A program made the position numbers and the translations under genes. The notes below the pieces were generated by a model that was not told the DNA's origin, searched no databases, and saw nothing but the letters and a program-made list of their open reading frames with translations. A stretch of 62,989 bases of DNA, the filler included, from Octopus bimaculoides (Eukaryota): NCBI RefSeq assembly GCF_001194135.2. It is 6 parts of 5 records of this genome, joined end to end, with 100 filler letters (N's around TTAATTAATTAA, not from the genome) between each part and the next. Parts side by side here need not be neighbours in the genome. Positions count along the whole stretch, not along the records: positions 50,687 to 53,358 come from NW_026325989.1; positions 53,459 to 62,989 come from NC_068981.1; 4 more parts are not named here. One strand, given 5' to 3'. Positions 52,994 through 62,989 of this stretch are shown here, in pieces. Numbering within the stretch: position 1 is the first letter of the stretch; each line of letters opens with the position of its first letter.

Positions 52994-53160
52994 AAGAAGA
53001 AGAAGAAGAAGAAGAAGAAGGAGAAAAAGAAGGAGAAAAAGAAGATGACGGATGATGAAGAAAAAGAAGAAGGAGAAAAAGAAGAAGAACAACAACAACA
53101 AGACAATAAGACGATGACAACGATGATGGCGATGATGGCGATGATGATGATGATGATGAA
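51670..53160. repeat. (GAT)/(GAG)/(AAT)/(AAG) compound trinucleotide tracts around an N gap
   Basis: Directly visible; source of the long low-complexity ORFs. Confidence 0.93.
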
Positions 53161-53358
53161 GGTTTATGAAATCGTTCTCATTTCTGCAAACTCCTATTTA
53201 TTGGAGATTCAGTAATTAATCGATTAAGCAACGTCGTCAATATACTTTGTAGATATACAAACATTTCCAAATCTATCTATCTATCTATTTATGCAACTCC
53301 AACAACCAGGATCAACCTTGAGCGACTGCATCACAACTAACGCATTCTATAGTGGATT

Positions 53359-53458
53359 NNNNNNNNNNNNNNNNNNNNNNNNNNNNNNNNNNNNNNNNNN
53401 NNTTAATTAATTAANNNNNNNNNNNNNNNNNNNNNNNNNNNNNNNNNNNNNNNNNNNN
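53359..53458. other. Artificial scaffold-join spacer
   Basis: TTAATTAATTAA at 53403-53414. Confidence 0.95.
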
Positions 53459-54499
53459 CTCTCTTTGTGAGTCCTGTTGGTATTCTGTGGATTATGTGTA
53501 CGTAGATTTAAGCTTTCTGATCTCCCTTTTCTGCGCTCCCGCTTATTTTGTTGTAAGTGGTTATCTACCTTGTTTAGCTGGTGGTGTTTGGGATGGGCAA
53601 ATTTGCAGTTTCGTCCCTTTTCCCAAATCATCAAACAATAATTATAAATTAAAGAGTGTTGTCTGAGGCATTTATTATTTAATAAATTCTAAAATTGCTC
53701 ATCTCGTTGTGTGCAATGAAAATGTAGCAAAGCAGTTAACGCAATTATTTTGTACTTTACGATGGTAAAATCAAAATTTTAATTTTCTACATGCAAAAAA
53801 AAAAAAAATACTAGGGAACTGAAATTATCTCATTTTAAACATTTTACGACATTATTTTCGTTACCAATGCTTTATAAAATAAACATGCTGTAGTTGGCCA
53901 TATTCACAGTTTTCTGAGTGTTAATTTGCATATGTACAGAAACATGTCATTTGCAAGAAAATAATTTTGAAATCAAAAATTGAATATAGAGGAATGTGTA
54001 TCTGACTTTGGCTCTTCCACAGAAAATATCAACATGCAATGTTGTGTGAGAATGGACACACGTGTTCTGATTATATGAACTGCTTGTAGCTGTCAAATTC
54101 TTGATAAATAGCCATGTTAAAAAATCGATTACAAATATTCTAAAACTATTGAGAACTAATACAGAATTTAAAATTTTCAGAATGTTATATCGCCAAGCAA
54201 CAAATATTCCGACTTCTAATTTAATTGGCTGATGTGGATTGCCTTACAGTTAAGCTATTTAATAAATACCTCATTCTATATTCTAATGTACAGATAAAAC
54301 ACGTCCATCATGCAACTGAGCGATGAGCAAATATAACTATCAAATCTAAGGACCTGCTAGCGCATGTCTGACTCATGTAGTAGCAACTGATTATGTGTAA
54401 TACTTGTATAATATGATCAAAAATGTGGTGTGATGATGAATTAAACCACGGCTCTAACTGAAAAGTTGTTGGCTGTCAATAGTGCCCATCATTTATTTT

Positions 54500-55800
54500 A
54501 GCAATATGATTTAACGTAATTTGGAAACATAATTCGAATTTGTCAGAACACGCTTAGCAGAAAAATCTTGCGGTGATTAATCAAATTTCCATAATTCATA
54601 AACTATAAATCTCCGTTGGCCTCATGAAATATGTTGCACATTCATATTTCATTATCATTTCATTTTCATATATTTACAATCTCTTCTGCGGTGATAGTAT
54701 CTATAAGCTACTCCCGTGTTTATTCCAGTGGAAGGTCACGTATCAGGATTTTGGCAGAGGTTTTCATTATCTCGATTCTGTCGTGCATCGACAAGCCTGC
54801 TTGTTATGGTCGAGTCCTACCGTTTCTCTCTTTCTTTCTGTCTCCTGCTATCGATATATACCAATTTATTCTAATATCTAGAATGAGGCTCAGATTTGTC
54901 CAATCCCAAGGAAACTAACTCCCCAGAAACCGTCAAATTATTCCTTGTGCACTCACATTGAGCACCACAAAATTGACAGGAATTTGCTTGAATTGCTCTC
55001 ACTCTACACGAAGACCAGTATGCATTTTATAGATTCGGTTTACTGGGATCCTATTGCTCTATTTCACTCACATGCAGAGATCCAGAGTTTTTGTTAAGTA
55101 AAATTGTTCATCGCAGCAACAGCAATGATTTAAGCTCATGTGACTCGCAAAACTACTGGAAAAACACCGGAATATGCATCCACATTTCCTGCTCCTTATA
55201 TTTGTGGTCGCATATCAGATCACAACGGCATGAAGATTGCACATAGAACTCACAAGGATATATTTTGTATCAACGCTATCGTATCGCGACGCTTTGTTTT
55301 GTTTTACGCATTCTCAATTCCAGAGATAAATAAATTTACTTGCCGTGAGCTTCATCACCTCACACTTGAACTCGAATTACGCCACCAACCCTAATTCTCC
55401 TAAACATTTCGAATACAAGCGTCTTTCGATCTTGAGTTGGTAACTTGGCAATGCATGGGAACTATTCACTTGCACAATATTTAGTGCGTACTCATTGATC
55501 ATATATTCAACAGCGAAAACAAAACTGAATTAGCTTGAAAAATATTGCACGCGTATCTATAAACAGAAACAACACATAATTAGATATTCGGATATCTCTC
55601 AGTTACTAGATCAGCCAGTCACTTGACATCACTTGCACGGAAAATATATTTATAACATAGCAACATTTAAGGCAAACATGGGAAGTTTCAATATAATGAA
55701 AAAATTACTTGAGACAGAATCTAAGATGGGATAATTTGCAGATAAATCCTAAAATAGAATACTGCTGCTGTGTCAGAGGCTATATACTAAACTGCAACCT
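54500..55800 (+). mobile_element. Second, more decayed R4/Dong-clade LINE relic
   Basis: Scattered motifs in the expected order: LFCGDS (~GIFQGDS), HRTHK (~DRKTRK), IYLP* (~RLYLPR), KTELA*KI, LHGKY, RQNLR (~QWLR). Each is individually weak. Confidence 0.5.
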
Positions 55801-55946
55801 AGGAAAAGTGGGTGGGGTGTCAAACAAAAGCACAAATACACACAAACAAAACATGGGACATACATACAGAAATACGTATATGTATGTATTACATGTAAAT
55901 ATATATACATATATGCATGAATGTATGCATATATGCATATGTATGT

Positions 55947-55993
<47 letters not shown>

Positions 55994-56474
55994 NNNNNNN
56001 NNNNNNNNNNNNNNNNNNNNNNNNNNNNNNNNNNNNNNNNNNNNNNNNNNNNNNNNNNNNNNNNNNNNNNNNNNNNNNNNNNNNNNNNNNNNNAAGTTGA
56101 TATCATCGACATATCGAGAGTACACATTCACGAGTATGGAATTATGTGTCAGGCGTTCCTTAAGCCTTCTGTCCCACCATTTCTGGCCGAAATAAGATTA
56201 AGATTAATGTAATATAAAGCTGACGCAAATTAACACCAAATATACGGTGCGTGTGTTTTTATTGGCTAAACTGGCAATATGACCATCCCCAAGTACAACA
56301 ATATATATATATATATATATATAAATAATCAAAGGACATAGTAAGTATGTCTACCTGCTTCAAATAACAGCCAAAACCCGGTAAACTAATCGCCAAAATG
56401 TACACCGGTAATTACTACAGAAATCAAATGAAGGCAATAATGGCGGAGTCAATCAACTTACGTACATGTGGATT

Positions 56475-56533
56475 TACGTAGACTACTTTCTGCATTCATT
56501 GACATTAATATGTCTTAGCTACGTCAGCACACA
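56475..56533 (-). ncRNA. Mutated (probably inactive) hammerhead copy in arm A
   Basis: TGTGTG-CTGACGT-AGC...GCA-GAAA-GTAG-TC-TACGTA: A9 is changed to U and the stem III C to G relative to the + strand copy. Confidence 0.65.
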
Positions 56534-56849
56534 TCACCATTATAAGGAATCGATTAACGCGTCCCTCACGAAATCCTTGCTGCTACTGATTCGTTTAGCA
56601 CCGAAATCACCAGCAGCTTCCTAGTGTATCATATCCTCGTTGCCGAATTTTACGAGAATAAAATATAAAATCTATTTACAAAAGGTACCGTTAATTCTAT
56701 TATTATCCAATGTCACTAATTTAAGAATGATAATAACAGAATCAACGGTACAGGTGACTGCAGGCCCAAAATAGAATTTAAGAAGCTGAGGGAATAAGTA
56801 GCAGCACAGATTTCGTAGGGACGGGTTAATCGATCCCTTATAATAGTGA

Positions 56850-56904
56850 TGCGTGCTGATGAAGCTAAGACAGATTAATTTCAATGCAGAAACTAGTCCA
56901 CGTA
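56850..56904 (+). ncRNA. Minimal type I hammerhead ribozyme motif
   Basis: Stem I UGCGUG/CACGUA (6 bp, one G-U). Core CUGAUGA at 56856-62 and GAAA at 56889-92. Palindromic stem III ACUAGU; GUC cleavage triplet after 56898. Short stem II GC/GC. Confidence 0.8.
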
Positions 56905-57208
56905 AATCCACATGTACGTAAGTTGATTGACTTAGCCATTTTTGCCTTCATTTGATTTCTGTAGTAATTACCGGTGTACTTTTTGGCGATTCAATACCGG
57001 GATTTGGTTGTTATTTGAAGCAGGTAGACATACTTAGTATGTCTTTTGATTAATTATAATCCCTCGGCTATTTAAATGCTATTGTTTGGCCTGCAGTCAC
57101 CTGTATCGTTGATTGTGTTATTATAATTCTTAAATTAGCGACAGTGGATAATAATAGAATTAACGGTACCTTTTGTAAATGGATATATATATATATATCC
57201 ACTATTTA

Positions 57209-57292
<84 letters not shown>

Positions 57293-57499
57293 AATGGATA
57301 GATAGATAGAAGCACGATTAAAGGTTACACACCTGATTCAGGAGTAGCAAAACCCTAAGAAAGTACTGGTTAGTTACCTATATAAAGAATATTGAACATT
57401 ATATTTAATACTCAACTGCAAGTTAACTATATAAACCGTGGTTTATATATATTTATTTATTATAATCATAAGATGAGAAAATAGACAGGAAATTAATAA

Positions 57500-59000
57500 T
57501 TCATTGTTCTTTAATTTAAAAATTGGCAAACATATCTTGTAGCTTTTTCAATTCCTACCCTCACAAAATTAATTAATTGAATTATAAATTATTTGAAAGT
57601 AGAAACTCTTCAGAGGTAGTTAAAGATACACAAAATGGGTGCTAAATTCCTGCATATTGAATAAACGCTGCAAACTGGTAACTGATAAAATTCATACATA
57701 AAAACATAGTATAAAAATGGTAGAGTCCTTATAAGGGGAGTAAGGTTGTTTATGATGGAGGTTTAAAGCAATATATTCAACTAGAGTGTAAAGTATAAGA
57801 AATCTCAAGTTGCTCTAATTGGTAAAAATATCTTATTGTGCTATTAATTCAAGTTTGCATAGTTACTAATAAACGTGGACGACATTCAGGCAAGCTATTA
57901 ATTATTATAAATATCGAAATATTTAAAAGACGAATAAAAATTTTAACTTAATGTGAGGGCGCATAAAAACTTATAAATATAAATGTGAATAAAGTAAACT
58001 AAATTAATCAAAATAGATAGAATATAGGGTGAAAGTAGATATGGAGAGAAAAGAAATAAATGCGTAAACAATATAAAATGTTCACCTTTCAGCCCTTAAA
58101 AATTCATTGTTGAGCTAGACTAATAAAGATCAAAACTCTTCGATAAAATTTAATTTAAAAATTTCAGAAAGGCAGCGTTTTTATAGGGAGAAACCGGATG
58201 CAAAATTGATAACTTGGTAAGTAGCGGAGATATGGTATTTAACATAAATAAATAAACGTAAACATAGGAATGAAAGGCAATAAAAATATGCTAATAAAAG
58301 TGATGTGATTGGATATGGGTCAATTGAACAAGTTATATTAGAATTTATTAATAAAAATATTTAAATAGTTCAATATATGAATAGTTAAATATGAAGCCCT
58401 CAAACGGGAAGTGGGTATTCATATAGTTGTGAATGGCTAAAGAAAATCTAGAAATATTCGAATTTGGGGACATACCAAAGCGAAAACAAACAGAACTAAA
58501 TAATTGTTATTCACAGTAAGTTAGGAAATAGCAACAGGTTTGGTTCATATAGTACAATTAATTTGATTTAGAGAAGAGCTTATGAAAAACTAGGAACAAA
58601 CTACATTGGTGACAAATACAAAATACGAAACGTTGTATGCAAATATACATGTAAATAGATAAAAAAAAAAACTTTAAAAAATTTTATACACGAGATAGTC
58701 ATGCGTTCAAAGGGAGAAAGCGGGATATACGAGCATTAGGAAAGTTATAATTTTGTTGACTAGGAGATAAGTAAAGGTACACTGTAACTATATTATGTAT
58801 ATGCATGTGGAGAAAGGACCAAATAAAAATCAATGGAAAACAAATAGTCAAGGGGGGGGGTAATTAATAATAAATTGAGCAAAGCAAATAAATAAAATAG
58901 GCATGTTTATTCCTGAAAGTATAGAAATGCGTGACAACTCACTTTTTTATTTCATGTTGCGTCGAACCTATATAAGATTTTTTCCACCCTGTGCCTTTAC
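57500..59000 (+). mobile_element. Decayed A-rich coding-like tract, possibly a Penelope-like element
   Basis: NLI*...KLGTNYIGDKYKIRN near 58560-58640 resembles a GIY-YIG NxIY...YIG motif; there are many stops. Confidence 0.35.
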
Positions 59001-59179
59001 CGTACATTAGTATATTACACTTTCAAGCAAACGTGTATTCTTAAATAAGCAATTACTTTTAATCGTACAACCACAACTTTTATATATATTATCGATATTA
59101 GTAACGCTAGGTGGATGGACACTATAGTGAGTACTGGTATTATTATTGTATGATGCCTAATTACAGACGGGGTTTAAAC

Positions 59180-59199
<20 letters not shown>

Positions 59200-59219
<20 letters not shown>

Positions 59220-59570
59220 GATATTCCTATTAGATTTATTTCTATTCAAGTAGAATATGTCTAATTCCCTACTATTTATAGATGTAAATGATGTAAGGTC
59301 ATGGGTTAAACTACATCCAATATTAAGAACTTTCTGTGTTGATAATTTCATGAAATCTATGGCTATTATTAAAAGGCTTATTAATAATTGAGAGAATTAA
59401 TTTTATCAATTTACATTGTATTTCCATTGCATAAGGCAAAATCAACGATATTCTGTTATCAGATAATTCCTTATATCCATTAACATTTAGGGTATTATTA
59501 CCAGCTATATATTTCTTAGATATATATTTATTTCTAATTAGAAATGATACGTTTCTAAATCTCACAGAGG
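59200..59570 (-). mobile_element. Penelope-like relic (RT-to-GIY-YIG linker)
   Basis: RISLILPYAMEIQCKLIKLILSIINK resembles the PLE I.LPY.G....L motif, followed by IIYIYK resembling the first GIY strand. Confidence 0.4.
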
Positions 59571-59714
59571 GACTTACGCAATAATGATACGATAAAGTAG
59601 TTGTATACTGTCAAATAAACGTGATAGTCCCAATAAGGGAATCCTACTACTGCTATTTAGCCCTAGGAAGCTGTGTTGCTTCCTGTTGGCCTTGAAACTT
59701 TTCCTGTGTCCTTA

Positions 59715-60318
59715 CAAGTACTGCTATCTGTTGGAGTTTTAGCACTTTAACTGCTATTTCCGAACTTCGGTATGTGGTGAAGCAACTGTTGCTGATCCCT
59801 TAATTATGTTTATAAATTTATAAGAACATTTAAATAAGTTCTTCACCGATAATGGTGTTTACATACCGAAGTGCTTCGTAAAAATTATTAATTATTAATT
59901 TAATAATATATTAATATTCCTTTACCTTTTTATTTGTAATAATTATTCACTCCCGGATAGTAAACCGCAGATTTTCTACGGGATCGCTTGTGAAGCACAT
60001 GGTAATTCTTGAGGAGAGATAATGGACTGACAGCGTATGTAGGCGCGGAGGTGCTGGCAATATGCATAATTGCCTGCATCTTCAGACCCGCAAACTAGAA
60101 TATCATACTGATGACGGAAATGGATGTTTTTACCATTCTAATCCAGAAACGCGTCTATGATTAACTAAGACTGCTTAGTTTCGTTGTTTTTTCTTCTTGT
60201 TTTGCCTTTGTGAGTTGCAAGTACTGCTATCTATTGGAGTTTTAGCACTTTAGCTGCTATTTCTGAGCGTCGGTATGTGGTGAAGCAACTGTTGCTGATC
60301 TCTTAATTATGTTTATAA
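59715..60318 (+). repeat. 101-bp direct repeats (59715-59815, 60218-60318) with a 503-bp period
   Basis: 6 mismatches in 101 nt counted; the second copy ends at (TA)n and a gap. Confidence 0.92.
60102..60161 (+). ncRNA. Minimal type I hammerhead ribozyme motif
   Basis: Stem I AUCAUA/UAUGAU (6 Watson-Crick pairs). CUGAUGA at 60108-14; stem II GG/CC extended by AAUGG/CCAUU; GAAA at 60146-49. Palindromic stem III ACGCGU; GUC cleavage after 60155. Confidence 0.82.
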
Positions 60319-60670
60319 TTTTATATATATATANNNNNNNNNNNNNNNNNNNNNNNNNNNNNNNNNNNNNNNNNNNNNNNNNNNNNNNNNNNNNNNNNNN
60401 NNNNNNNNNNNNNNNNNNNNNNNNNNNNNNNNNNNNNNNNNNNNNNNNNNNNNNNNNNNNNNNNNNNNNNNNNNNNNNNNNNNNNNNNNNNNNNNNNNNN
60501 NNNNNNNNNNNNNNATATATATGTATATGTATCTATGTATATATGTACATATATGTGTATATGTATATATGCATGTATGTATGTATGTATGTATGTATTA
60601 GAAAAAAATAGATAGCAAAACAAAGGCTTTGAAGAGTTTTCAGGACATTTATAAGTAAAATGGTATAGAT

Positions 60671-60726
60671 ATACTTGTACAACTGTTTCTGTGATATTAC
60701 GGATATCCCTTCATCAGAGACGATGT
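60671..60726 (-). ncRNA. Partly decayed hammerhead motif
   Basis: CUGAUGA-A-GGGAUAU-CCGUA-AUAUCAC-A-GAAA-CAGUUG-UA. The core and stems II and III are recognisable, but stem I no longer pairs. Confidence 0.6.
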
Positions 60727-61194
60727 GAGATGTTTAAATAGAGGTAAATATATGAGTTCGAAATTAGGAATTATTATGGAAAATCAGGAGATAGTGAATA
60801 TAGAGAGAAATACAAGAATGAAAGTAGAAATAAAATATAAAATATTCTAGTTGCAGTTCCATTACTTGAGTAAAGTGGTGAATAAAAGTGGAAGATAATT
60901 TTCCTGTACATGGTATGAAAGTTTAGTCATTTCATGTTTAGTCATTTCAAAGTGTGGTGCCGTGAATTCTGACTTACTCATTTGCTGGGGTTTGTGATTT
61001 GAATGGAAATGTGAGAATGTATTGGTAGTATCTGTGGATAGAGGGGTGAGAGAGATGTATATGATTAGAATGAGTAGATAGGTAAAAATGAAGAGATGAA
61101 GAGAAAATTAGAGGAAGAGAGAAAATAGGGAAAACGACAAAAATAATAAAACAAAATGAAAATAGATCGATATATAGGTAGATTGACAGAAAAA

Positions 61195-61276
61195 CGGATA
61201 GACAGATAAACAAACAGACAGACAGACATACAGATAGATAGATAGATAGATAGATATATAGATAGATAGATAGATC

Positions 61277-61319
<43 letters not shown>

Positions 61320-61345
61320 GGATGGATAGATAGATAGATAGATAT
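61195..61345. repeat. (GATA)n/(GACA)n microsatellite
   Basis: Directly visible. Confidence 0.95.
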
Positions 61346-61559
61346 ACTCATACATAGACGCACACACATGTATCATGCATAGAGTTATTCTTAGAATCAT
61401 ACTTTTTTCAAAAGTGATATGGTATGAAAGTCAACATTGCATTTGATAAATCTACATCGCGGAGATGTGTTAAATCATTCAAAAAGCTATGAAATTTACT
61501 GTCGGGATAAATTTTATTTCAGGAAAAGGTAGATTTTATGCAATATGTTTCATATAAAA

Positions 61560-61870
61560 CACATAAAAATTCATAATATCATCTACATTTGAAGCTTTGA
61601 GAGCATTCAAAGATTAAAAACACATAATGTTATATTAAAATTATATTGCCCTGCTTCATTTTCTTCCATTAATATATAACGTCACAACACTGGCCAAGTA
61701 CAGGAATGTGTCACCGAGTACAGCATAAATTGGAAGATTCTAGAAAAGTGAAGTGCAAATTAAGCTTAACTGAGAGAAGAGCGATTTTAAAGAGTACACA
61801 TTACCGAAGTATTTACCTGAATAGCATAAGTGTAATTTGTAATCCTTGATAGCACATGAAAAGAAATACA
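61560..61870 (+). mobile_element. Penelope-like element GIY-YIG C-terminal relic
   Basis: TTLAKY, YSINWKILEK and CKLSLTERRAILK...YLNSISVICNP**H parallel the PLE motifs STxLSKYIW, YxIxWxIL and CxLCLxEKxxIL...LNxRSE...CRH. Confidence 0.65.
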
Positions 61871-61879
61871 TCCTATCGT

Positions 61880-62450
61880 ACCTGTGTACCCCATTATGGC
61901 AATAATTGCCATTCCTCCAACTTCAGCGATCCATCAATACCTGGGTGTTTGGCAAAGTGTTTGACCAGAGCAGACACTTTCGCACCTTCAAACAAATACA
62001 CACACACACTGGCACGGGGTCTCGTACTCAATAGACTGTTTTCCTCCATATCCGTTATATGCCTCCGCACATATTGTACCTCTACACACACTTTATGATT
62101 ATATTTGATTATATAAACGCTCCTCGAATTTAATCAATACGTTAAAGGAAAGAATTTCACTAACGGACACAGATGTGTATACCCACCCAACTGCAAAGGT
62201 TATATATGTAGTGTCACTACACACATTTCATTTCAGACACTACACACATTCCAGTTCCAAAAGAATATCAACCTTAAAGACACACATTTCCCACAAGATC
62301 TTTTCCACAAAATGCCTGCCGACTTGCGACAAAATTAACTCCAGTGAAGATGTTTTGATGCCAATGGCATAACACTTAACTCAATCCACCGGCAGGAATT
62401 GTTTCATTATCTTTTTGACAGCAACCACAAACTGGTTGTTTCTATTCACC
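61880..62450 (-). mobile_element. Possible decayed Helitron helicase fragment
   Basis: Frame-broken FCGKDLVG (~FGGK..L.GD), VCLK, AVG and MAIIA (~RAILAP) in the expected order. Confidence 0.4.
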
Positions 62451-62627
62451 TCCAACAATAGAGAGTGATAGCCATATTTAATTCCATAACGGTTGCCTCT
62501 GATAAGCGCAGGGTTATATAATCAGACTTACGCAACACTGCGTTGAACACGTGGCGCGAAACCGATTGGTACTGTGCTCATTGATTAATACACACAGAGA
62601 CGTGCTTACACACACACGTACATACAC

Positions 62628-62666
<39 letters not shown>

Positions 62667-62989
62667 TACGCATATATATATACGCACAAATACATGATCG
62701 AATATACATAGATTTTCACTAGGCTTTCGAAGTAAACCGCAATAAGTATGACATCACACTGGTAGGTAAATGTATTTGTTGCCTATTTATAGGATGAAAA
62801 ATGCAGCGCACGTACACACACACATGCACACAAACATACACACTCACATATGTACGTATTTATACACACATATATTTATGTATATTGTTTATATATATGT
62901 TATATATACATATATATATAAATACATATAAATGAATATATATACATAATATATATATATACACACACATATATATATATATATATATA

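Larger units (their letters stand above)
56326..57183. repeat. Interleaved double inverted repeat A-s-B-A'-B', equal to two opposed copies of a circularly permuted ~470-nt unit
   Basis: A (56326-56587) is ~90% identical to the reverse complement of 56796-57052. B (56670-56795) matches the reverse complement of 57058-57183. (TA)n tracts lie at both outer ends. Confidence 0.9.

Noticed and set aside
60040-60092. Opposite-polarity hammerhead (CUGAAGA plus hairpin), which would suggest a viroid-like two-ribozyme unit
   Set aside because: GAAA and the UH triplet are absent (CCUC...CC instead); only the hairpin is supported.

Overview
AT-rich, microsatellite-saturated eukaryotic DNA with many N gaps. 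The SINE families, the protocadherin and the repeat landscape point to a coleoid cephalopod, probably Octopus (inferred, not tested). Five artificial 100-bp joins (44 N + TTAATTAATTAA + 44 N) split the window into six separately assembled pieces. The only supportable host gene is the 3' part of a cephalopod-type protocadherin on the + strand: a TM exon plus two cytoplasmic exons at 38464-40399, with the ectodomain lost in a join. Duplicated, cytoplasmic-exon-like pieces follow it. The rest is transposon-derived: tRNA-derived SINEs, R4/Dong-type and CR1/L2-group LINE relics, Penelope-like relics, Helitron helicase relics and two MITEs, one with internal telomeric repeats. The most striking signal is at 56.3-60.7 kb. 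Three unrelated repeat units there each carry a minimal type I hammerhead ribozyme motif with the same variant junction. One of them is a circularly permuted ~470-nt unit in inverted arrangement, resembling a retrozyme. Almost all ORFs in the supplied track are microsatellite or gap artefacts. All family assignments are from manual translation and motif recognition; no database searches were run.
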